Origin: Podarcis cretensis
Lineage: Eukaryota
NCBI GenBank assembly: GCA_951804945.1
Contig: OX638154.1
Span: 99,758,001-99,822,000 of the forward strand
Reading direction: 5' to 3'
DNA: 64,000 bases
The first letter of the stretch is position 1; every line of letters begins with the position of its first letter. The translations under genes were made by a program, and so were the position numbers. Of this stretch, positions 37,501 through 50,132 are shown in pieces. The notes beneath the pieces were generated by a model, which was not told the origin of the DNA, made no database searches, and saw only the letters and a list, made by a program, of their open reading frames with translations.

Positions 37501-40500
37501 ACCAGCTGTCCAAATATATTTGCTTTTCCTATCGGATTTGAATATGGGGGTGGAACGGTCTCATTTTACCTTACCACCTTTTTGTGGAAGGAAACCTGAG
37601 CTAAAAAGGATTTTAGCATGGAACTTCATCCAATTTCTAAATGGCTTCAAGATTTAATTTCACATTTTGAAAATATCCCCCTCTGTAGTGGCTAAAATGC
37701 TCACTTTGAATTCTAGAGACTTCTCGAATAACTGGAGATTTCAGTGACTGATTCACCATGACCTCTAAAACTTTTTCCTGGGTATCATTTATATTTTATT
37801 AAGAAAATTTCATTTATAAGAAGATAAGATTGAGGAAAAAGAAAAAAGTGGGTGAGAATTTTAAAAAGGAACAATACTGGGTAACCATAACCAGCTCAGA
37901 CCCCACCAGCATATATTTGATAGGAATCTTTTACCACAGTGTTCACATCATTGTGCAGTTCTTAACACTGAATCTCATCTCTCATTGGCTATTCACTTAG
38001 CTTAGATCATTTTGGATCTGTTCACAGTCTGCTTTAGAATGTGTCATCCTAAATAACTCCAAATTATCTAAAAACTCATTCCTTACCTCTAACACAGGGT
38101 TTATGAATAAGTTGCAATACAGATCCTTGAGAAATCCCACTATTTCCTTCCCTCCACTTGTCAAAAGTTGGTCACTTAGTCCTACCCATTACTTTTGTGA
38201 AAGGCAATGTCCTCTCATTCTGTGGCTGCTAAATTTACTTAACGAGTCCAATAAGAGTCCTTCCCGTAAAATTCCTACTTGGACAGGATTGGGCACAACA
38301 GCTGAACAATATGGATCCAAGCAGAGCTAGGCTTTTCAAAGTTGCAGCCGTGTTGAGAAATTACCAATTATTATTTTACACTTTTTTGAGCTCCTCCTGT
38401 TAGAATTTCAGTCCTCCCCTGGGGAATATTTAGAAAATTAGCCTCCCCAATTTTGCCATCTATGAATGCAATTGTGGGTCTAGTTTAATGCTGTTGGTTT
38501 TTCTTCCTTACAGTTCCCTTCTCTTAGCCCATTGCTCCCTTCATCCCCTAAAAGAGTGTTATTCAACATGACATGAGCCAGAATTTCTCTTAAAATATTT
38601 TTTTCTGAGGAAAAAGCTGTTGAAGAATTTCAGCTCCCCTTCCCAAGCTGTCGCCCAGTTAACAGCATCATTATAAGCAAAATGTGATCCTTTGATTAAT
38701 CAAACTGACGAAGCTCTGTGGCCTTACTGAAAACATTTGTGTCTGCTGGAGAATTATTTTTAGCGATGATTATCTTGCTTGCTTTACATGAGCAGATGAT
38801 GGGGTAGTATCACCCCAGAAAGAACTTCATTCTCACCCACAACCACAAAACCTTTGTCTAGACCTGCTGGAGTGTGTTATGAAAATAGTGTCTGTATAAT
38901 GCACTCTTGGTTAAAAGCTCATTCGGCAGCTCAGGAGTTGACAAAATCCCTCTCCGTATTAATCAGGAAATGCTAGGAATGTCATCAAGGAATTCCATTG
39001 ATGCTCACTTCCTGACAGTTACAACAAAGAGGCTAAAAGGGCCGAGTAAAAGAAAAGAAAATTGAATGTGTGTGCAGAGGGGCAAATAAATTGATTCTTT
39101 AATCTTGAGAGGGAAGGAAGGAGGGGTCCGTTTTGCAGGAAGGGGCAGCAGACTGGACAGGCCAGATGTGACTGTACTTCCCTGCCTCGCTGACACCTCA
39201 GCCACAGTCTCGCCAGGTATGCATCACCTAGCTTGCTCAACGGAACTGAGCAGCAGGGTGTGGCCCTTCACTGATCTGCCGCAGCCCTGGAGGGTGTGGA
39301 ATTTTATTTTAACCTAAGCTTCAGGGAAGGAGTGCTTGAGACAACTTTATCTGAGTGGAGAGGTAGTCACCAACTAGGTAGTGATAGCTTCCAGGCAAAA
39401 GTATTTTTAGCCACAGTTTGTAATCTGCTTCTACTGCCTCTTTGGTCCCACAGCAACAGTATTTACACTTTTTAATACTGCCACGCACCTTCTTTATCTG
39501 TTAGGCATTTCCTGCATCAGCGGTAGCTAAGCTGTGGCCCTCCAAATAGTGTTGGACTGCCATTTGTTTCATCTTCAACTGTTGGCCATGCTGGCTGGTG
39601 GACTGTTGCAGATTGTAGGGCACCGACATCTGGCAAGGGACAAGTTATTACATGGAGAGTATTTCCACTTGAGAAGAACACATTAATCCTGCAAGAATCC
39701 TTTTTGATCATTCAAACATTCAAAGTGCTTATCAGCTTGTATGTATGTCATCCCAGTAGGCCTTACAATGGCCTTGTAAAGTAGATTCATATTATCATCC
39801 AATGTTGCAGATTTTGGGGATAGGAGATAGGAGAAGATTTGCAGTGATTTGCATGTCATGTTGGGAGAAGTCACACTTAGCTGCAGCTTTCCAGGGCAGG
39901 AAAGTAATGTACATTCTATGAAATTATAGTTTGTTGTTGGGGGTTTTTGCCAAAGTTGTCGAGCTTTTTTGTTGTTGTGGAAAATCGGCGGGGGGGGACA
40001 GTGCTTAGCTGAACTTGTCTTTCTGGTAGCCCCACGACTCTGGAACTCATTGTCAGCTGACCTCCAAAAAGTTACCTCACACCAGTTTCCCCCCAAAAGA
40101 TCTTGAAGGCCCATCTATTTCAGACGGCATACACATGGGTTCTTTGGGGCATATGCATTTGTGAAGCCTGTGTTTGAGCTGAAGGCTTAATGCAATTTAT
40201 GATTACATTTATCAATGTTGTAGGGGTTATTTTTCTTTTAGAAGTTACATTTTTCCATCTGTGTCCATATTAAAGTCTCTACTATGATCACATATTAGAC
40301 CAATATCCCATTTGTTCATATCCAGTCCATCTATTTGGTTCCATTTCTTACTGTATTCCACTTCCTGTTGGAGTATTCCATTTTGATTTTCCATTACATA
40401 TCCATAAGTTCATGTCCAGTTCTGCATATCCAGTTCCATATCCTGTTGCATCCCATTTCCTCTTGTTTTTACAATGGTATCCTGATCTCTTCCACTTTCA

Positions 40501-40528
40501 TTTTTTCCCATCTATTTCTAGAGGAAAT

Positions 40529-40877
40529 AAGGTAAAGGTAAAGGACCCCTAACAGTTAAGTCCAGTCGTGAATGACTCTGGGATTGCAGTGCTCATCTCG
40601 CTTTACTGGCGGAGAGAGCCGACGTACAGCTTCCGGGTCATGTGGCCAGCATGAATAAGCTGCTTCTGGCAAAACCAGAGCAGCACACAGAAACATCATT
40701 TACCTTCCCGCCGGAGCGGTACCTATTTATCTACTTGCACTGTGATGTGCTTTCGAACTGCTAGGATGGCAGGAGCTGGGACTGAGCAACGGGAGCTCAC
40801 CCCGTTGTGGGGATTTGAACCGCCAACCTTCTGATCGGCAGGCTCAGTGGTTTAGACCACATTGCCACCTGCGTCCC
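40529..40877 (-). mobile_element. Full-length Sauria SINE
   Basis: (AAAGGT)n tail at left, 5' head GGGACGCAGGTGGC at right; AGAGGAAATA duplicated on both sides. Confidence 0.9.
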
Positions 40878-41984
40878 TACCAGAGGAAATACCATAGCTT
40901 TAGTAGCAACGTTCTTTGGGTACGTTCCAGATTGTAAGCAGAATCCTTTCTGTCTGCTAAAGCTAAAGAAAGACCAGGACTGAAATCCCAAAGCTTTTTT
41001 TCCTTTCATCTCTATCAACACCCTATCCAGATATATCTCCAAATCATCATTTGTAATCTTATCTTCTACATCTCCTCCAAATCCTTGAATGGAGATCATT
41101 TCCAATTCCATTTCCACATAGCCATCTGATTCCTTCAGTTTGCTTATTTCTTGATCCAGTCCTGCCACTTTTCATCAGTTTGTTCTGGAGTCTCTGTGCA
41201 TGCTTCATTTCCATTTTTAACTTCATAAGCCTGTTTCTCCTCTAGCTTATTATTCCCATCGTTATCTTCATCCTCATCAAACATTGTTCTGAACATTTTT
41301 AGCTCTTCAACAGACACCTGTCTATGGGACCATTGTTTTAATTTTGTGTTTGCCCAGAAACGTGAAACTGTTTGCTGCTGCCCATCTCTACTGCCTCAGT
41401 CTTCTACTGCCTGGTATTGCCATGACCTGGAGGCAAAGGACCTGACAAACCATAGCAAAGCATGGTGATGATCTCACCCCATGTTTTTTTCTGAGCCTCC
41501 CAGCAGTGAGCAACCACAGAACATTACGCAGTCTGAACCAGCATCATCAGCTTAAGGCCGAGGAAGCTGCCAGACAGCTCAAGAGATTATGAGAAACACC
41601 TGAGCTTTAATTACCTACAATTAGAGGTTGGAATCAGAGGCAGTAAGCTAGGAGATAAGAAAGGCCTTGTACATATGTCACTTTTAAGTAAGTTCTGAAC
41701 TCCATATCCCTATATGCATATGTATAGGCTGTGGGTCCCCCCCCCCACTAATGTTTTATCACTAAACAAGCAGCTTAGGAAGGAGTTCCTGTTAAGGATG
41801 GGCCAAACAGAAAGGCAACAAAGTGCCCTGCTTCCTCAACCTCTTAGCAAGCATTGTTATCAATGTATGTGGATAGAGGTGCTCTGATAGACATGATGTA
41901 CTGAAACTGGCATAAAGCTTTGAGAATGTCCATTGCCAAACAAACTTTGCAGCCATGGTAAAAGTAGACAGTTCCTCTTCTGAG

Positions 41985-42310
41985 TGGGTAACTAATTAAA
42001 GAACAGGAAGCAGTGGTTAAGAGGGACGGTGCACAGTTTTTACAACAGAGGAAACTAAATTTTGGATTTCCTAAGGACTTTTACTGGAAGCAGGGACCAT
42101 AATTTTTTCACAAATACCTGGAGAGTGGCACCACGTGTGAGCAATTAACTAGAAGCTACGGGAGATCTTGAACACATGTCACTGAATGTTTGCAGAGGAC
42201 ATCAAAATTACTCAGGATGGTGCATCTCAAAGCAAAATTTGAAGAGATCCTAATTGATTTCTCTAAAATTGGTGAATGGATAAGAAAAATGGCAGGTGAG
42301 AGTCAATTGA
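41985..42310 (+). mobile_element. Old degenerate CR1-like RT fragment
   Basis: TTTGCAGAGGACATCAAAATTA resembles the FADDTKL motif; upstream resembles KDRKQ.V; many stops. Confidence 0.5.
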
Positions 42311-43373
42311 TCTGATTAACAGTAGATGTTTTCAGACTTATTCAGTGGGGCCACAGAGTTTCTCAGAAGCTTACCAGGATGGCTTCTATTAGAAAACCAA
42401 GAATAGTGGATAAGCTTCTGTACCACACTTGGTCTCCCCAACACTACACAGCCATGGGAGAATGTTTGGTGTGTTCAACACGGCATCCTCAGCTTATGCA
42501 CAATTAATGGTGAGGCGCACTGTTCCTAGTCAGCTATGCCCTGTGTGAAAAACTGTTTGTGGTCTATAGGAAAAGCTCCAGAATTCTCTGCAGCACACAA
42601 AGCTCAGTAGGATAAATCACTTTTTATATGGAAAGCAGGAAGTTTGAAGACCACTGAGCTAAAGCAAATAACACCTCCTGAACGGTATTGTTTTGTCTGC
42701 TTGAGTTTGGTGCAAAATATGAGCTGCTTTGTTTGTAGAAGGCTGGTGTTGGGTATAGAGTTGTGAGTATAGTAAATTCAGTTAACCTGAATTTAAACAT
42801 GTACATTCCAGAATACTTTAATCAGGATTAAGTCTTAGCTCATCTTCACATCTGTTCCTCTTTTTCATCATAGATTCAAAATATGTCAGACATAAAGCAG
42901 TCCCTCTCAAGCTGTTTTGATTGGTGTGTTTTCTGGGTGTTGCTAAATAATAGTAATAATTATAATGCTAACAAATTCTTTGCAAGTATTCTAATTGGGC
43001 TAAGGTGAGTGGGAACATGCCCATTTCATTCTGGAACGTGGCACAGGTTTAACAAAAGTGGTGTTACCTGAGGGTAAAACCAGCTACTTAATGAAGTTGT
43101 GTTTTACATTAATGAGTTTACAGAACAAGCCCTGCGGTGAGTCTGGCCTTGGGTTTGCCCTGTAAGCGATTTTAATGTGGAAGATCAATAATTAAATTGT
43201 TCTTTCTGTCCTCCTGCCACCCATCCCACTCCCTCTTGGCCTTCTGCCAGGGGCTTTGGCTGCTGTGTTCTGCAGAGATCCGCCCCTACGAATGGCTAAG
43301 AAGAAACTGTTAAGTGTCTCCCTGAACTGTACATGGGCTGGGCCCTCTTTTTTTTTTTTTTTTATTTGCAAGG

Positions 43374-43448
43374 TGAGTCAGACTGAAGGCAAGTTCTCTT
43401 ATTCCTGTCTAGAGTGATTCAGGCAGAGGAGGTGATAAAAAGCACCTG
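43374..43448 (+). promoter_or_regulatory. LAMC2: LAMC2 proximal promoter: AP-1 TGAGTCA (43374-80), ETS core TTCCTG (43402-07), AP-1-like TGATTCA (43415-21), TATA-like GATAAAA (43434-40), E-box CACCTG (43443-48)
   Basis: Motifs read directly 150-220 nt upstream of the ATG; order matches the recalled mammalian LAMC2 promoter with two AP-1 sites. Confidence 0.8.
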
Positions 43449-43593
43449 GAACAAGAAACAGAGGCCCGGGTGGAATTGTCCGCAGCTGCACGTCTACCAC
43501 CACACAGCTTTGTCCCTTGATCTTGAGGCTTTTGCTTGGAAGAGTTGGATCTGAGCACTTTCTGGACAACACAGCCCTCCAAACCTCCCTGGA

Positions 43594-43678
43594 ATGCCTC
43601 AGCACTGGCTGGTGACTGTCAGCTGCCTTGCAATCACTCTCCTCCTCCCGTCAGCTGTTGGCATTCAAAGAAGAGAAG
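43594..43678 (+). CDS. LAMC2: Laminin gamma-2 exon 1, signal peptide (MPQHWLVTVSCLAITLLLPSAVGIQRRE)
   Basis: ATG, hydrophobic signal peptide ending ..RRE like mammalian MPALW..LLLPAARATSRRE; G|gtgagg phase-1 donor matches the exon 2 phase. Confidence 0.92.
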
Positions 43679-45402
43679 GTGAGGCAAACGAGCGTGAAAT
43701 CTTTCCACTTTAGTTTTTGGAAGTGGGCTTCATTTTGCAGTCTTCTGTCTCTCCCTGACACTTGTTTTTGTGTCAGGTGCACTGTGGGCCAGCTGCTGAG
43801 CAGCCCCTTGTTGTGTGAGAGAAGAAGCTAAGCTGAAGACTCTTTCTCTTTATGAGCATGTGGAATGTCTTGGGAACTGGGCAGTAACGTTTTCAGCATG
43901 TGAGCGATAATGGAGGATGGGACCAGATCTTCGTCATCTAAGCTTCCTTCCTTAGGTCTGGCCCATGTTTCTCCTCCAAAGCCTTCTAGTTAGAGGTAGA
44001 TGGTGAAGCGCACACTGGGGTCGCCTAGCAACTGTGAGCTTGCTCATGTATTATCTGTATCCTGATTGGGTGTCTGGGCTGAGATATGGTCACACCCGGT
44101 AATCGGTCAGTGATGAGGACAAATGTCCTATCAGTCTAGTGGATAAGTCCACTATAGGTCTTTTAGTAAGAAGGTGACAAGTGGATGAATGTTGATCCCC
44201 AGTAAATTTAGATTCATTCAGGGACTTTTGAAAATGCTGTCCTTAGTGTTTTACTTCAATCTCCAGATGGAATATACATTCAAATGAGACATGTTTATTC
44301 CAATACTTTTTATATGCTTCCTAGGGCAATGGGGAGGGGCTTTGGTTCAGTAGTAGAACATCTGCTTTGCATACAGAAGATATTGAGTTTCATTCCTTAG
44401 CATCTCCAGGCATGATTGGGAATGTCTCCAGTCTAAAATCCTGAAGAGTGAAAAGAGCTAGATAGAGCAACGGTCTTACTCTATATAAGGCAGTTGTTGC
44501 AGTGGAAGAAACTGAGGGTGGGGATGGTAATTTTTAAAATAATTGTTTTACTAAATTGTTTTAGATCTTGAGCTAGAAACAGAAATTCAGCTTTCAAAGT
44601 ATATACAGTACATCATGCAAGTATATACAGTCCCTGTGTGCACTTGATCAACAGTGTTGGTGTTAATTCTTCACTTTTTGACGTTAGCAGGGTGGTTTCT
44701 GTGATGTAATTCTCTCAGCATATCTACCAGTGTCTTCAAAATTAATTCTATGCATTTGACACTTTTCATAAACTCACTGTGGGCTAACATGTCAGAGTTC
44801 TTAACTTTGAGTTAGTACCACTCATATGTTTGGCCACACATTTATATCAGTTTTACACCAGTGTTCCTATGGTGCCTTCCTTTAAGGAATCCTGTGAATT
44901 GTAGTTTGAAGAGAATGATGAGAATTTCTTATAAATCCCTAAACATTCATATATAGCCACGTAGAGAACAAGAATGAAGACAACTATAATTTGTTATATA
45001 TAACAATTGTTTATAGACAAGGGGTGATTCCACACTAGATGTTTCAGTGTGGGACTGCCACGCTCTGTTCATTCACTTTCTATTTCATTCATTCATTTTA
45101 TTTGTATACCACTTTTCAACACTCTGGGAATGGCTTCAACAGGCCTGCTAAACCAGGTGAGAGTAGCCAAGGGGTCTCAAATCCCCACTGAGTTAGGGAC
45201 CTGCATGCAAAGACAGGCTCCGGTGGATTGAGTGGACAAGACTAATGGCGCCTCCAACAGTCAAGAAGGTGGTTTCTGTGTGTGCTGTATAGAGGGAAGT
45301 GAGCAAATGGGGCGCATCCACCTAGGAGAAAGAAAACTCTGACCTTCAACCTCTGCTGCTTTGCAGGATATTTTTGGGAGAAGAAAAGGCTAAGGAGTAA
45401 AC

Positions 45403-46447
45403 TATGGTTACCAGATGTCCCTGTTTCCTGGGGACAGTCCCCGGATTTACAAATCTGTCCCTGGACAAAATACGTCCCTGGAATGTCCCCGGATTTCATA
45501 TAATGTCCCCGGATTTATATTTTAAGTGTTGTAGATTTATTAGTAGGGAATGAATGTTGCATGATTGGTTCAACGGCACAAGACACAATATATAGGGACT
45601 TCCAGGAAGGCAAAATGGCAGGTGCCACGGCAGCGAGCAGCTTCTGAAGCCAGCCAGAGCCAACTGCACTATCAGGCTGGCTCCAGGCTGCTAAGACTGC
45701 CGCTGCCGCTGCCGAGGGGGAACCGGGGATGCCCGGCATGTCAACTGGGGGAACCGCTGACACACACACCCAATGACCCAAATTGAGCTGGGAGCGAGAG
45801 TGTCCGGCCACCTGGACGACTGCCCAGTGACGCTCCGGAGCCGACACAGGGAGAAGGAGGAAAGGAGAAGGAGAAGGGAGAGAGAGAGAGAGAGGAAGGA
45901 GAAAAAAAGAGGGGAGCCCTGACCTTGCCATGCTGCTGCCGCCACCACTGAGGAAGAGAGGTAGCAGAGCACCGGGAGGGCAAGGACACATGGCCGAGCC
46001 GAGGCCTGACCGAGCCTACACCATGGCAGGTAGCGCTCCAAGAGATGGTTCCACGGAGCAATGGTTCCAAACTACAAGAAAGAAGATTCCACCTAAACAT
46101 TAGGAAGAACTTCCTGACAGTAAGAGCTGTTCGACAGTGGAATTTGCTGCCAAGGAGTGTGGTGGAGTCTCCTTCTTTGGAGGTCTTTAAGCAGAGGCTT
46201 GACAACCATATGTCAGGAGTGCTCTGATGGTGTTTCCTGCTTGGCAGGGGGTTGGACTCGATGGCCCTTGTGGTCTCTTCCAACTCTATGATTCTAGATC
46301 ATGCCGGGGCCCAGAGGAAGGCCACGTGACAGAGGAGACCCAGAAGAGAACATATTACTTCTTAATTTTTTAAAAAAAGATTTTTTTGTTTTAAAAAAAA
46401 ATTAAAAATTTGTCCCCGGATTATTTGAAAAAAATCTGGTAACCTTA
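45403..46447. mobile_element. hAT non-autonomous transposon with GC-rich interior
   Basis: TIR TATGGTTACCAGAT / ATCTGGTAACCTTA; perfect 8-bp TSD GAGTAAAC (45395-402, 46448-55); subterminal TGTCCCCGGA repeats. Confidence 0.9.
46052..46296 (+). mobile_element. Short CR1 3' end nested inside the hAT element
   Basis: Two mismatches in ~245 nt versus 28082-28326. Confidence 0.95.
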
Positions 46448-47155
46448 GAGTAAACCCTGCACAAATCTGGAGTGGAGTCCCTAAGACGGTTGGCTGGCAC
46501 CTTGCACCCCTCCTTCCAGCAACTCCTGGAGTCCAGCATCTTGCTCTGCTTTCCTTTGGACCACATCGGTGAGGCTGAGAGGGGGTCTTGTCATCTGGGC
46601 AGCCCAAGACCTCCAGACACACTACCTAGGCTTGCATCCTGGGGAAGTCACTTCAGTGCTGGTAACTCAGTGGTTTGACGTCACCCCCAGAGGCACACTC
46701 CATTATCTCTTGAGATAGCCAGATGCTAACAACATACATGGCACATACATGTGCAAATCTACACACACACATCCATACACAGCTGCCACAGGAAAAAATA
46801 GATCTCAGGGGAGAGGAAATTATAACCAACACTGAACTCATAGAGCATGAGGAATCATAGATGCCAGTAGTGAACTTATTATCCCAAATGTAGATGTTTA
46901 TCTAGCCCACATGGCACCATCCATGGTAAAGAGGGAAGTATCAGCCTTGGGAAGACCTCAAGGTTTGCAGAAGTGCAAAAAATATTTAGGGGGAAAACTG
47001 ATATATTTAGCAATGGTAATGTGAGGAGGGAGTACAGTCCAACCCAGTGAAGAGTGAACTTGCTGTGTGGTTACAGAACACTGACTTCTTTTGTGTTCTA
47101 GAGTTGGAATGTTTGCAAATGGGAGGTCTAAGATGACCAATCTGGACAGGGAACA

Positions 47156-47518
47156 CAGACCCTTTGTGTCACTATTTTCCAGAGACAGTCCTGGATTTAG
47201 AGAAGCCATCCTGGTTTCTGATTTGGTCCTGGAATGTCCTGCTTTTTCTTAGGACATCACTATTTTCATCAGAGAAATGTTGGAGGGTATGGTAGGATGT
47301 CCCTGTTTTCATCAGAGGGTATGGAGTTATGTAACCCCTGAGCCAAGGAGATAACTAGACAGCCCTCTATAGTTTTATTATGTTTTTATATACATGTTGG
47401 AAGCCGCCAAGAGTGGCTGGGGCACCCCCATCAGATGAGTGGGGCAAAAATGACAAGGTATGGTCATTTTGTATGGTTTCATGTCCCTATTTTCATCAGA
47501 GAAATTTTGGAGGGAATG
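47156..47518. mobile_element. Non-autonomous DNA transposon, TIR CA(G/T)ACCCTCCAA type, 6-bp TSD
   Basis: CAGACCCT...TTGGAGGGAATG flanked by GGAACA/GGAGCA; inverted sister copy at 58236-58998. Confidence 0.72.
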
Positions 47519-50132
47519 GGAGCAAGCTCTTGAAGCAAGAAGCAGGGAAAACAGGCGTGAATAGGAAGGAGTGGAAAAGGGGACAGAATAAGGGGCTTAA
47601 CGCTTAATATTATCTAAACTAGGAAAGAACCTTGAAATGACAGGAGTTACCTTTTCTTTTTGCCCACCCAACACAAACAAAGGAGCTTGTGACCACCTTC
47701 AGTTGTTTTACTACATCAAAATTCAGTTGGTTTAAGTTCGGATGTTCCAGGTGCACTGAAGTGAAAGTAGCACTAAATAACAGCCTGCTTGTGTCTGACA
47801 TCTTTGGCTTTGACAGCTTCAGGTCTATAAATGCATCAGTCCTTCTCACTGAATGAGCAGAAGGGAAAGCACTGACCCCAGAACACTGCCCCGCATTAAA
47901 AAATGGAAGGTAAAAAAGGCAGCATTCCCACTTGCCTGCCAAGATGTTTAGTGCCTTAGTAGCAATGTGGGAAGCTGACGGTGTAGTACCCAATTCATCT
48001 TTCCACATTATCCCCCAAAAAAGGGGGGGGGGGGAATAAGGCAAGTTCCTTTACATCTTACTTCAGAAGGCTCTTTTCCCATAGCGGCAGAGCAGGCACG
48101 GCTGATCCCCTTCTTTTGGAGCTTGGCTGCAAGGCCTGAGAACAAAATGGTGATCCCTCATTCCACATACAGAAGCCAAGCATACTGGCCGTTGCATCTT
48201 ACTTCAGTCTTAGTTCAGCACTGGAGGCAGGACATTGTCATCTGCTGCACCTGAGGGCAGAGGGCTGGCTGAGGAGGTGCAGGTCACATCCAGCTCTGTC
48301 CTCCAACACATTGCTGCTGACCTGTCCCCTCCCAGCACCTGTATCTTGCTTACCCTTCCAGGATTAATTTGGTCCCCAATTCTTCCTTTCTCTCAAATCC
48401 ATCAGTTTATATTCACCTCATTCTGAGAGACCAGCGGGGAGGGGAGTCTGTCGCAGCAGCAGGGGGAGACACGTGTCTCTTCACCAGCCTCTCGGCCTCA
48501 CTTCTCTCCTGCTCCACCTTCTGAGTCTGAAATTCCCTCCGCCACAGACTCTTCTTGCTCACTAAGCCCTGTTACCCCTTCAGTTTCTGACACCTCCCCC
48601 CCCCCCCAGTCTTTCCTCTCTTTCTTCTCCATGTGACTGCTCCTTGTTGTCCCACCACCACTCCCTGGGCTCTGAGCCTTCCTTCCCTTGGGGTTCCCCA
48701 GCTGGTTCCTCTGTGTCCAACCAGTCCCGGACATATCTAAAGTTTTATTGTGAAAGCCCATCTCAGCACTGAGAATCTCATTCAGAAAAGCTATGCGAAG
48801 AAACTTCACAGGCATCAGCACTGGGAAGAAGTGTGACATTACCTTGTGTAAACACATGCAGTTACAGACACGCTTATCGTGATGTAATTGTCTCCAAAGA
48901 GGCTATTGACAGACACAAAGCATTGAGAAAACAACAGCAGCAGCAGAATCAAGGCAAGACTGGATGATGTAATCTGTAAGCAAGTTGAGCTATTGGCTAT
49001 GAAAATTGCTATGCGGTGCTAATTACATGTGTTGGTCAATCTAATCAGTAGTCATTGCCATATTAGGCTTTTTTAAGTTAGGAAAAATAAATGTGCAAAG
49101 AGTGTCAAGGTCTTTCTCTCACTGGGAGGGTAAATCTGTATCTGAATTTCACCACTCCGGAAGGAAAGTGAAGACTCACAGGACTAAATGCTCTTTCATA
49201 CAAAAGAATTCCTTCTACATAGGAAAATAACAGACGGTACTAGATAAGTTTAAAGAAGCCTTCAGTCATGGGATTCTCTGCATCTGCAGGCTGAATTGGT
49301 GCAACTCTTTCCCCCCACAATATATTTACCACCCCCTCAGTGAGAACTAAGATGCTGTGGTTTAAAGTGGTCTTTATATAAAATAGCAACTGAGACACAA
49401 CATGAGAGTCAGTTAATTTAGATATGACACAGAATTTAACAAAGTAAGCTTTGCTATGGTTTAGCTTGACAGCTACATTTACGAAATGTGGTTTGTGATT
49501 GGCTGGCAAATCAGAAAGCTGGTTTTGAGCTGGCATTGCAAACCATGATTTTCTTATTTATGGCTTGGTGTGATGTCTGAATGGACCAATGCTGAACAGA
49601 TTAATCTGTGATTAGTGCACTGCAAACCATCGTTTAGAATGCTATCTGTGAACTTAGTCAATTTCTTCATCTTGTGTAAATACCCACCTCCCTTAAACAG
49701 AAGGAAGACAAAGACCAGTGTTCTTTCTTGGTATTTGTTTAGATTCAGTAATCATTACTTTTGCCTTAGGCATAAGCTTTGAAGCCAAAGTCCCCCTCTC
49801 CCCACACCAAATAACCACCTAGAGAGCGTTTGTGTTCCACCAGCAAGTGGGGGAAGAGCTGCAGCAGATATTGATGTGGGGAGGGGGAGTCTACTTTCTC
49901 TGTCCTGTACTAGTCCACCACTGAAAGTCCCTCGCTCCAAACACTGCTTTTCCCTAACAGAAGTAGCCTTCTTCTTCACACACACACCCCAAGCTCCTAA
50001 GAAGGGAGAGAATCTCTGGTCCAGTCAGGGTGGAAGAATGAGGAGAAGTTTTCCCACTCTTGCTTGCTGCCTTCCCAGTAAGAACTGTCTCACCCGTGCC
50101 AGTAATTATTTAAGAAAACAATATGCATAGCC

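Larger units (their letters stand above)
45117..46733 (+). mobile_element. ORF-less RTE-derived retroposon, copy A, interrupted by a hAT element at 45403-46447
   Basis: 45117-45402 joined to 46456-46733 is colinear with the reverse complement of 50133-50670; both end at TCTCTTGAGA.AG.CAGATGC.AACA. Confidence 0.75.

Noticed and set aside
45515-46283. Overlapping minus-strand ORFs of 116-180 aa
   Set aside because: Antisense CR1 UTR joined to the GC-rich hAT interior; stop-poor by composition, and the same N-terminus appears at 28313
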